64,000 nucleotides of DNA from Mayamaea pseudoterrestris (lineage: Eukaryota): assembly GCA_027923505.1 (NCBI GenBank), contig BROI01000036.1:1-64000 (forward strand), written 5' to 3'. Each line of letters begins with the position of its first letter. The first letter of the stretch is position 1. Below the pieces are notes generated by a model. That model saw only the letters and a list, made by a program, of their open reading frames with translations, did no database searches and was not told the origin of the DNA. Position numbers and translations under genes: made by a program. Below are positions 47,087 through 57,447 of this stretch, in pieces.

Positions 47087-48142
47087 TCAAGCACTCGCTG
47101 GAACGCTCATTAGCGTCAAAATTTCGGACAGTTCATTCTCGTCGAGCGAAAAGTCGCTTTCGCTGGAATCGTCCTGCTCGCAAACGTCTGGATAAACATG
47201 GTTGTCATTGTTATAGTCGTCATTGTCTTCCTTGCGCTCGTAGCGCAAGCACACTGCTTCCTGCGGCTCCATGATGCGAGCTGCCACCATGGCGGCGACT
47301 TGGGGCGTGAGCGCGTGGATTGGATCGAGTATGGGAGACGCGTTGGGTGGCATGCGCAGCAGCAAGCTGCGTTCAATCTTGTTGCCACTTGATGGCCACA
47401 CGTCATTCGCGACGCGCACCAAGAAATCCATCCACTCGCGTCGCAGCTCGCGCTTGACCAGCGCCAATGGCAGCATGTGGTTGGCGTCAGTCAAGAAGCA
47501 TTGCTGGGCGTCATGTTTGAGCAGTGTTTCCACGAGCAAAAAGTTTGGTGTCACGCTGGCGCACGCTTCATGGAGCGGCGTGCGACCGGAAGCGTTGCAA
47601 ACTTGCAGGCGGCAGCCATGCTGCAGCAGCACTTGCAGCAAGTCGTGGCGGCCCTGCCGGCAGACCCAGTGGAGGAACGAGTCGTTGTGTTGCGCAGAGA
47701 CTGGATTTGGACTGAGACCGGCTTGCAGCATTTCATGTAGTTGGGATGCATTCACTTGCTGCAGCGCCACGTGGTAGGATGCTTGCTGCAGACTGGTGGG
47801 GGCAGTGTTGTTGTAGGCAGTGTTGAGACTGGCAATCGTCTCGGTGGAGCAGTGGCGCGAGGAGACGAGCGAATTGAGCCGCGCCTGCAGTGTGACGGTT
47901 CTCGTCGTTCGCTTCTTGTGAATGCTGGGCGAGTCGTCGAGCGAAACAACGGAATCAGTGGTGGAAAAGTCGCCATTCGACGAAGAGTCTGGATACGTTT
48001 CGTTGGACGTTCGTCGCGACAAGCCCTTTGGCAACAACAGTTGCGGCTTGCTCACTTTTTGTGGCTCGAGGGATTCCGTCGCAGCCTTGCTGCCACTCTT
48101 CGTCTTCTTTCCCCATGCGCGAAACAAACTTGGAGCCGTCAT
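47087..48142 (-). CDS. Ankyrin-repeat protein (diatom family)
   Basis: GLSPNP...SFLHWVCRQG, SGRTPLHEAC, PL..V...W..FL. Confidence 0.75.
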   Translation of the reverse strand: MTAPSLFRAWGKKTKSGSKAATESLEPQKVSKPQLLLPKGLSRRTSNETYPDSSSNGDFSTTDSVVSLDDSPSIHKKRTTRTVTLQARLNSLVSSRHCSTETIASLNTAYNNTAPTSLQQASYHVALQQVNASQLHEMLQAGLSPNPVSAQHNDSFLHWVCRQGRHDLLQVLLQHGCRLQVCNASGRTPLHEACASVTPNFLLVETLLKHDAQQCFLTDANHMLPLALVKRELRREWMDFLVRVANDVWPSSGNKIERSLLLRMPPNASPILDPIHALTPQVAAMVAARIMEPQEAVCLRYERKEDNDDYNNDNHVYPDVCEQDDSSESDFSLDENELSEILTLMSVPASA

Positions 48143-48750
48143 GTTGTTAATGATCAATGAGTGTTTTGTGCGAGTAAAGAAAGTTGATTTTGATGGTCAG
48201 AGAAAAAAAATATGGATCAAGATCGTTACGTTGAACGTGGTGCAAAAGGGGATTGAGGAATTGGCAGCATTGGGGCCATTGGGCTTGACACTTTTGCACT
48301 TCAATATGCTCCGCGGTCGACGTGGTGGCCAAACCGCAAGTGAGGCAATAGCCATGAAAGATGGCATAAGATTTCTGCATTGGGAAAGGAAGTGACGACG
48401 TCATTACTTCAAATAAGCCAGATAGAATGTCCGCTATTGGCGTAACAATTCGCAAGTGAGGCTTATCGACAAACATGTTTCCAGCGAAAATCATAATAGC
48501 CGCACGACCCAAAGGAACGCCTGACGAACGGCCATAAAGTCATTTTGGGTCATTTTCGATTCTCGCTTGCACCTCATTCTCGCATCGGACCGGTTCTCGT
48601 TGTAGGTGAATGTGCTGCCAAGCCGAACGTTTCCTCCACGTTGAAATCCGTCCATCCATCAAGGCAACTCTCGCGTCGTTGATGGATCTTGCTTTTGTTG
48701 TCTTGCCTCTCGAAATAATCACCTAGCCTCCTGCAATATACTATATTACA

Positions 48751-49925
48751 ATGAGATTTTGTAGAAACGTTCAATGCCTGTCAGCGCTCCTGTTTTGCAC
48801 TTCAGCAATTGTCGTTGTGGCTCAAAATTATGATCAAGACTATGGCAGCTACGAGGACTACGCGCAGGCGCCCGACGACTCCCTCTACGCCGACTTTGCC
48901 GCAAGGCAGCCGGATCGACAAGTGTGAGTTAAATGTTTTTATAGAATTTGATTTATGGGGGAATTTGGAGTTGGAAGAAGGAAGGGATGAAGCAGCACTC
49001 GAGCGAGCGACGCAGAGGGATTGTTGATGGTTCGCTGTTTACCATTTTCGAAAGAAACAACATGGAGAACAATTGATAACAATGCTAGCCGTGATATTAT
49101 GGATTGCGTGAGACTTGCGCTGTTTGGATCAGATGCTCGTCTCCACAGTCTTCGCTGGATGTGCGCGTTGCTCGTCGTTACGGCTGCAAAATGTTGTTTT
49201 TAGACTTTTTCACCATGAACCAAGAGGATTACTAATCCTCTTTACATTTTCTCATTATTCTCACAGCGCCGCCGCTGGCGGCATTGGCATGGGAAAACTT
49301 TTGTTTAGTTCCGCCGCTAGTTGGTTCATGGGCGGCTACGTTCACTCGCGCCGCGCATCACAAAAGCTCAAAACCAAGCACCAAAAGGAGCAAAAGGCAC
49401 TCTATCAGCAATACTACAATGATGTTTACAAGCTATCCGAGCAAAATACGGAACTAGAAAGGTTGGTGGAGAAACTCAAGGATGCCTTGCGGGAAACGGA
49501 AGCCAAGCATGAGTTGGAGGCATTGACAAGAGACTATGACGAATTCAAGCAACCGGATATTGATGGAGATGATCGAATTAGCAGGGCTGAATTTAACATG
49601 TATGTCAAGAATTACTTGTCCAACTATCCTGGGTTGACGGAGTCGGATTATCCGCGGTTTGAAGGTATGTCTTTGTGGAGTAGAGTGCCTTGCATCGTTA
49701 CCATTTCTCACATTTATCACCTAACATGCAACAGACTTTGATCACGATGGCGATGGCTACGTTAGCTTCCAGGAATATGCTCAGCAAATGGCACTCCAGG
49801 CGCAAAAGGCGGAGCAGGCGCAACTGTATGGCGACAAGAAGAGCACGCAAAAGAATCAGGCGCTGCAAGACTTGTACAAGGATGCTGCCAAGGGCTCGTC
49901 GCAGTATAAGAACATTTATGCGTAG
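48751..49925 (+). CDS. Signal-peptide-bearing coiled-coil and EF-hand protein (3 exons)
   Basis: Exons 48751-48923, 49267-49664 and 49735-49925. EF-hand loops DIDGDDRISRAEF and DHDGDGYVSFQEY; Tyr/Asp-rich N-terminus. Confidence 0.75.
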
Positions 49926-50221
49926 ACAACAAAATGTAATGTTTAATAATAAAAGTAAAGCGCCCAGCTATTTGTAGAGTCAGTGTCGTCGAAACTTCTT
50001 CACTTCATGAATGTTATGGACGGACTTGCAAGAGGATGGATGTGGCATAGTCGAGCCTTCCATTTCTTCACATACGAACGAGATGTACGGAGCTTCCAGC
50101 AAGTGATGACAAAACTTTCATACGGCTAAATATCAACATTCAAAATCTCTTTATTGTATTATGAAGAGCTCGTTTGCCGGAACGCTAGTTTCGCGTCCAG
50201 TCATACGTCCGCTCCCATCCA

Positions 50222-51991
50222 CTAAATTTGATCCAGCAGCTTTGGTTCCGCCAAATCCAGCGCAATCAAATTTTCACTCAAATCACTCATAATCGACTCG
50301 GCCATGCTCGGGTAGGTATCATCTCCATTCGACAAGACGGACTCCGTACTGGCGCCCGGTAAACCGCCTCGACCGTTGCGATATAGCCGATCACGCTCCA
50401 TGTACGCATCGTCCTCGCGTCCATCCGCCGCCGCAGCCGCCAGCAACTGTTCGTTCAGCGTGTGACCACTGCCATTGCCCGTCCAGCTCATCGAGTCGCT
50501 TCGCTGCGCGCGCTCGCCACTACCACCAGGTATTCCAGCACCCGGTCCAGACGTTGCAGCAGACGATCCCAAACCACTACTGCCGCCCAAGTTACTACCA
50601 CTGTTACTGACCAAGCCTGCCCGCACCAGCATGAAGCGCGAGTAGTCGGATGGAGCGGCAGCCGCTGCTTGCTGCGCCGCCATTAATTGTTGCTGCTGCT
50701 GCTGCTGCTGCTGTTGTGGTTGCATCTGCATCTGCGTCGCAGCCCATTGGTTGCGCAGGTGCTGCAACTGGTTGGCTCGCACCATGGGGTTCAAGGCATC
50801 GAATGCAGCTTGTTGTTGTTGCTGCTGCTGCATTAGTTGCGCCGACTGCTGCTGCTGCGCTCGCGCCAAGCTGGCCAACTGCTGATCCGAAACGCCGCCA
50901 CTCGACAGCGACATGCCCGAAAGTAAGGTTGGATTGGACAAGCCGGAAATAAGAGATGACCCATCATGGTTGCTTCCAACAAGTACATTATTGCCGCCCG
51001 CAAAGACACTTGCCGGATGAAACTGTCTTCCAAACGCTTCGTTTTGCAGAAACGCATGTTGCTGCTGCTGCGCATACAAGAGTTCCTGCTCGGTGGCATT
51101 TTCGCGAATGGCAGCCGCCGCGGCGCCACTAAAGCGAGGAAGTGCAACGTTGGGTTGAAAGCTAGCACTCTGCGCCGCTCCAAATCCAAACGCGCCAACT
51201 GCTGCCGCCGCATCAACGGCACCCCCCGGCACCATACTAAACTCGTTTAAATATTGCTGCTGCTGCGCCGCCAGTAGTGGACTCTTTTTTAACGCCTTGC
51301 TGGGTGGTTGTGCCGCCGAGTCGTCATCGTCCTCGCCATCCTCGCGAAAGTCGGGTGCATCCTCGCGCAAGGCCTGGCCCACCTTTTTGATCGCCTTGGC
51401 GTCGCCTGCGTAATTAAGAAGGAGAAAGTTTAGTCGAGGATTGAATTGCAAGCATTCCAATTTGCCCAATCATTACTATACTATACATACAACATACATA
51501 CCAATATCATACCACATGCCACTAGAGTCTTCCTTGAGAAACCTCCCCGCCGGCTCTAGACTCCGTATCGTCTGCACAATGTTGGCCGCAATGTGCGCCT
51601 TTTGCAGCTTGCGCGTCTCCTTGGCCAAGTACGTCTTTTTGCGCGAGTGCACTAATGTGCGAAACCGAACGTTGCCCTCGTGCGAGTTGATGCGGCCGCC
51701 GCGGCCGCATAGTACGTCATTCTCGTGCGGATCCGTAATTGGGCCAATGCCGCGGGGTGGAATTTTCAACGTGGGTCGGGGCTGCGCCGAGGAGGGTTTG
51801 GAGGGTGATGCGGGTGTATTATTGTGATGATGGTTGTTGTTGTGAGACGGTGAGTCTGGAGCATGATAGTATTGCTCGTTGTTATTGTAGCTGCTGCTGC
51901 CGTTGAAATCTCCTAACTGCTGCTGCTGCTCCTGTCGCTGTGAATCGACTGCTGCTGCTCCGTTTGCGCTACTATTGGAAGCGTTCGCCAT
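50222..51991 (-). CDS. DUF6824-domain protein (diatom putative transcriptional regulator) with Q-rich tail (2 exons)
   Basis: DVLCGRGGRINSHEGNVRFR...GRFLK...WYDI|GDAKAIKKVGQALRE; intron 51406-51501. Confidence 0.8.
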
Positions 51992-52841
51992 GGCCGCTGC
52001 TCGCTTGGCCGTCGGACTTGCCGCAACGTTTCCGCCAGGCAGCAGCGTGCTGATCAATGCTCCAGCCGTCCGACGCTTTTGGCGGTTGCGCTTGTCCTGC
52101 GAGTGATTAATAATAATAGTCAGTGAGAGAGTGAGAGATAATTTATTGATACAATGCCGTGAATCGATATGTTTTTGGTTCGTGCATATTAAAAACGACC
52201 CATGCGAGCGAATCTATTGGTGCAGCCGAACGACCCGAGACTCATTGGCACGATCAAATCGTCAGGATGGGAAATTCACTCACCATATTTTGATTACAGC
52301 ACTATATTATTATCAGTCTCTTGTCTCTTGCTCCACCTAATAGTAGCGAAAAGATAGACTTGAAGAATCAATTCCTATCAGCCTTGGTCTTATTGCAACG
52401 ACGACGACGCATGGAGATCGAATGGAAACACACGAGCACGCAGCCAACCGACGCTCTTACGGTATTGAATTGACACGTCAGACAAGTCGTGGTTTTGCAA
52501 CGTGTCGCAGCGTTTTACAAAATCCAATGACAGAAACTATCGGTATATACGCAGCTAACACGTTTAAAGCAACTGATATCACGCTGAAGCGACTAGAGAG
52601 TAAGTAACCAGCATATAGCATGCATTCTAGTTACTAACCATGCGCTTTGCAGCATCAAGCGTCTGCTAGCTCTTAGAAGCGCTGCAGAAGAGTCGTGACT
52701 ATCAGCAACGATTGGCAACGTTGCAGAGTAGCCATCTCAACATCAAGATGATGCACGTTTCGCAGTTTCCTTCATTAAAAAAAGGAACTCGCCTTTTCTG
52801 CTGCTGCTGCTGTTATTGCTGCCGCATGTTGCACTCTTTCG

Positions 52842-53672
52842 CTACTCCAACACATCCCACCCCAAACTGTTCCGTATCCGCTCCAGTCGCTCCCGGTTCG
52901 AATCCTTGTCCGATACTGGTTGCGTGAGGGGATACAAAAAGACGGATGTGCGCGACACGCTCCGCACTAGCACGACGTGATCCGTTGGTCGCAGCAAGAA
53001 TTCCAAATCGTCCAACGAAACGTCCACTCCGGGGACTGCGGCTATCGACGGCGCCGTTGCGTAAATGTAGGTACTCGTCGCTTTTTGTATGGATGCGCCT
53101 CCCACGGTTTCAATGGCTTTCTGCAGCGACTTCCAGGCAGTTTCGTCGTTGGACGTTTGCACCAAGTAGGTCCACGGCGGCACGTAGCGACTGGGTGTCT
53201 TGATGGCGGAACTACTGACACCATTCTCCGTGGCGGCCACTCCCGACAGTCGCAGATTGACGGTGCTGGTGGTTTCGTCCGTCACATTCAACAGCTTGCC
53301 GCGACACGTGACAATGGTGCGAGCGGGATCCGACTGCGTGACGCAGCCTTGGCGGCCTGCCGATGTGGCAAACTCTTGTCTGGGAGGAGGTGATGTAGTA
53401 CCATCTGCTAGTGCAGTTGCAGGCAATGTCGAAATGGAGACGAATGAAATTAGGGAAAATATTCGACTGGTTGACTTTGATAAGAGTGCTTGACGTGTAA
53501 AGGCTGGTTGTTTGGAGAAGAGTTTGCCATCATTGTGATGCCGTCGAATGACGTGTTGTTGTTGCTGCTGCAAGCCAGTTGTTTCATGCATCAGCAGCGC
53601 GAAAATAAAGCTCATGATCAAAATCAACCAGCATAATGGCTTTCTCAAGTCTGATATAAGTCTTCTTGCCAT
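52842..53672 (-). CDS. DUF1499-family protein, putative plastid/thylakoid targeted
   Basis: ENGVSSS, YVPPW, DDLEFLL, VLVRSVSR, SDKDSNRERLERIR; long N-terminal targeting region ending ALA. Confidence 0.7.
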   Translation of the reverse strand: MARRLISDLRKPLCWLILIMSFIFALLMHETTGLQQQQQHVIRRHHNDGKLFSKQPAFTRQALLSKSTSRIFSLISFVSISTLPATALADGTTSPPPRQEFATSAGRQGCVTQSDPARTIVTCRGKLLNVTDETTSTVNLRLSGVAATENGVSSSAIKTPSRYVPPWTYLVQTSNDETAWKSLQKAIETVGGASIQKATSTYIYATAPSIAAVPGVDVSLDDLEFLLRPTDHVVLVRSVSRTSVFLYPLTQPVSDKDSNRERLERIRNSLGWDVLE

Positions 53673-54094
53673 GCTTAATTGTGCCAAAAGAGTAAAGCAG
53701 GGTGTGATGGATCGGCCGATGGCGGTCGTCGAAGAAAAAATGAACGACGTCGTTTCGGCACCAAAAGGAGCTTACGGTACGACTATAGTAGTACGAGGTA
53801 GCTATAACTGACGGTACGACTACCGGTAGCTATCACTGACGAGCTAAATATAAGTAAATGCCCGCATTAATGCAATCAGTTTCCTCCAGTACATTGCTTG
53901 AATCTATCTTTGAACAGTAATAGTTAGACATTTTCCATCGTTCTACTAACAAGTTCTCTGGCCGGAGTGAGCACGAGAAATCTGCTGGTAATTCAGTTTA
54001 ATTTACCGCGCTATGTGTACATCGACTTCTATGATATTATTATTTTTTAGAACAAGAACGTTGCGACATCGTTCTTGTCAAGACAAAGCTATTG

Positions 54095-55084
54095 CTATGG
54101 TTGTTGCTGCGGGCTTTGCTGCTGCGCGGACCGGAGCAATTGCAGTAGCAGCATGTTTTGGCGGTCCTGCTCGGAAGCTCCCGGCCACGGACTACTGTTT
54201 CCTGCTGTAGCTGCTCCTCCAAGGGCATTTTGATGCAATCCAATCGCGGCTAGTAACTGCTGCTGCGATGGCACACTTGATATTGACGCTGTTGGCATTG
54301 GCGCTGTTGATGAGGGCGCAAGAAAGCTAGCTGGAAGCTGCTGCTGCTGGCCAGCGCCACCAAAGTTGCCTTGTTGTAAGTCAAACTGCTTGTGCTGCTG
54401 ATAGTGTTGCTGTTGCTGTTGCTGCTGCATGCTTGACAGGGATGTTGTATACGCGGCTGTCGCTGCAGTGTGTGACTGTGACCCGGTGCTTCCCATCGTG
54501 TCGTCGGAGAAACCTTGGCTCTGCTGATGAAGCGGACGGTGTGTTGTATCGTAGAGAGACTGCTGGTCCTTATTGCTTGTCGAAGTATCTTCCGAGCTTG
54601 ACACGGACGCGGGAGCTACGAGATGAGCTGCCGTTCGAAGCATTGGCATTAAACCTAGGCGCACCAAACTCTCGGGACTGACAGAGCTTGGGTCCAGTAT
54701 GCACTGACGCAGCAAGAGATTCTCTTCCTCCAGCGAGTTGACCTTGTTGCTCAGATCCTTTTTGGCTTGCTCGAGAGTCTTGTTGCGAGCCATGTGCATT
54801 GCTACTTGCTCCGATAAGCCTTCCACCATGTCCTTGGTACGCTGCCGTGCTCTCGCCGCAATCTTGCGGTCTGATAGTAGCAAAGAAGGAACATGAAGAT
54901 AAAAATTAGTTTCTCCGAAAATAAAACAACTCGGTTACATGTCCGGAAGTAAATTACACTTACTGTAGGCCCGCTTGGTCTCCAAATTCTTCTCGTCCTC
55001 GTTCAAGCCGTCCAGCCGCCCAAGATCCTCATCTTGGAGCTGAACGCAACTGCGCTTGTTGTTGCCGCTTCCCTTGCTGCTCAT
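54095..55084 (-). CDS. bZIP transcription factor with Q-rich C-terminus (2 exons)
   Basis: KRAYNRKIAARARQRTK (N-x7-R) after removing intron 54871-54963, followed by a leucine heptad repeat. Confidence 0.75.
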
Positions 55085-55732
55085 ATTTTCGTGAGAGACT
55101 GTTTGTTGTTTGGGTTTCGTTGTGCGCAAGCTGCTCGAGTTGCATCAAGTGATTGAGAAGTGTTTTTGGGCGCCCCCGTGACATCCGATGGCGCGTCAGC
55201 GAAACACCGAGCGGTTCGAGTTTTGCACCGGCTTCTCGTTGGGATGGTGCAAATCCGAATCGTCAATGCAGCTTTCCACTATTGCCATGGTCGTCACAAA
55301 TGGCTTTACTCCAGCCCAATGAGTCATAAATGACTTCACTGGGACGAAAGTGCGTCGATAGGGGTCGTGTGTGCTTGATGCCGATGCCGACTCCGTCGTC
55401 CGTCGGCGAAATTGTGCACCCGATAAGAACCCATCGGAGTTGTTTGACAGCTGCCCACGTGCCTGCCGCGTCGAACTTACATTAACCGCGGGTTAACCGA
55501 TGGATCCCAATGGTCGTCACATACAGGTATGCATAGCTAGCCTAGCATTCCGGTGGAACGACCTAGAGTAGAAAGAAGCTTTTATCTTCCCCTTTAGGAG
55601 TACTCATCTAAAGATAAAACCTTTGCGTCCATTATTATTACCGGTAATATGTGAAGTAACAAGAATCATCATTACAGCCTTCCCGGACAGCATGTCTCGG
55701 CATTAAGGATACATCAACCCCAGGTAAACTCT

Positions 55733-56638
55733 TTACACTTGATCTTGAGGCTGTTGTTGCTGCTGCGAATGTGCGTTCTGCGGATTTACGTTTTGTTGCT
55801 GCTGCTGCTGCTGCATCTTTTCGAGAAGACTTGAAATCAAGGCAGCTTGCTGCAAATCCTGCTGCTGCATCGGTTTTGTGACTAGCTGCTGCGGCGGATT
55901 ACCGAGCAGCTGTGACGCATAAAGGTGAGCCGCAAAATTATTTGGCATTAAACTTGCTAATTGTTGTTGGGAATAGCTAGCGTTTGAATTCGTAGGAGCC
56001 TGCTCGTCCTGTTGCTGTTGCTGAAGCAAGTGGAGCAAGGTTGCTAGATTTTCTGATCCGCCAGATACATTCTGTCGAGATTGTTGTTGTTGTTGTTGTT
56101 GTTGCTGCTGCTGATTATATTGCTTCTGCAGTTGTTCCATTTGCTGCTGTGCCAGCTGCGACTCCGGTCCTCGCTGCATGGTGAGAAGACTTTCAATGGT
56201 TTGCGTCGGAGTGTGAGTTTCGCTCTTTGCTTGCAGGAGCGGCGGCGAAGAAATCTTGTCAATAGACCCTCCATTCATGTTGGCATGTTTCAGGTGACCC
56301 TGTACACTGTCGTTCCCAATAATGTTTCGAAGCAACTGATTCTCGCCTTCCAAAAAAGAGACTCGTGTTTGAAGCTCCGCATTTCGCTTCTGAAGCTCCT
56401 GCTGACTGTTGACTTGCGCCTGCAATTGGCGAGTCAAATCAGACACCAGATCCTTGGAGCGCTTGCGAGCTCGGGCCGATATCATGCGATTGTAGGCTCG
56501 CTTGGACTCAATCAAGCGAGCGGCCCGCTCCTCGCTGGTTTCGCCATCGTATTGCTGCTGGTCGGAGCTGCTGCCACTTTCGTCAGCAATCAGCTCACGC
56601 TTGGAGATTGACGGCTCGGAATCCTCGCTCACATTCAT
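55733..56638 (-). CDS. bZIP transcription factor with Q-rich C-terminus (intronless paralog)
   Basis: KRAYNRMISARARKRSK plus heptads ending LEGENQLLR; polyQ tail. Confidence 0.75.
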   Translation of the reverse strand: MNVSEDSEPSISKRELIADESGSSSDQQQYDGETSEERAARLIESKRAYNRMISARARKRSKDLVSDLTRQLQAQVNSQQELQKRNAELQTRVSFLEGENQLLRNIIGNDSVQGHLKHANMNGGSIDKISSPPLLQAKSETHTPTQTIESLLTMQRGPESQLAQQQMEQLQKQYNQQQQQQQQQQQSRQNVSGGSENLATLLHLLQQQQQDEQAPTNSNASYSQQQLASLMPNNFAAHLYASQLLGNPPQQLVTKPMQQQDLQQAALISSLLEKMQQQQQQQNVNPQNAHSQQQQQPQDQV

Positions 56639-57447
56639 TATGCTAGTGTAAATGCTAATGGATGACGAGTCAATGCTTTGCAGGGATGAGACAGAGCGAT
56701 CTACCATGTGAGCAAGCTGGCAGTAAGCAAGATTCATGCCAACGTCGAAAGGACTCACAGGTTCCGCGAACGACGGGCAGCAGGCTCGTTGTCTGCTCAT
56801 GCTTCAAGTTCGGCGGATCACGGATCAAGTAGAGAAACGTCAATAGGCGTCATGAGTACACACAAGCTTATAGTAGGATTCCATCCTTGAAGTTTGTAGC
56901 TTTCCATTGACGTTTTGGTGTCATTCAACGGAGAGGAGATGAGTGACACCTTCGTCGAATAGCTCGAAAGGGTCTCGCAGCGCGTCATTTTTGCACGTGC
57001 TTCAAGTTAGGCTACACTCATCAAAAAATAAATCAGCAGAGGCCAGCAATGATTGACCATTCTGGTTAGAATGCCTTAGGTCAGCAAATGCAAACACAAT
57101 GGTAGCAGTCGCAGCAGAGGATACAATGGTCCCCTCTTTAGCTCGTGAGATTTGAGATTGTCAGCGCTAATGCCACGCTGCAGCTCCTCAAGCAATCACC
57201 TACCAGATAAACTAGCTCATCGTCATTGAGGCATTGTATCTGCATGGCGCTCCTTCTGCAGTGCCAGAAGATTCTGCGAGAGCAAAAGGCAGGCGCATTG
57301 GTGTTGTCGTTCATTCGTCCACTCAGTACCGCTGCGAGTAAACGTTAAAAGTTCGATCGATGGATCTTGCATGACGCTTCACTTCGCTTTACCTCTAGCA
57401 TTGCATGCACTTCCGCTCACAGTATCATATAATCCTACGATACGACA

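Noticed and set aside
52860..52915. GGTTCGAATCC tRNA T-loop/B-box motif
   Set aside because: The T-stem cannot pair fully, no cloverleaf is evident, and it is the antisense strand of the DUF1499 coding sequence.
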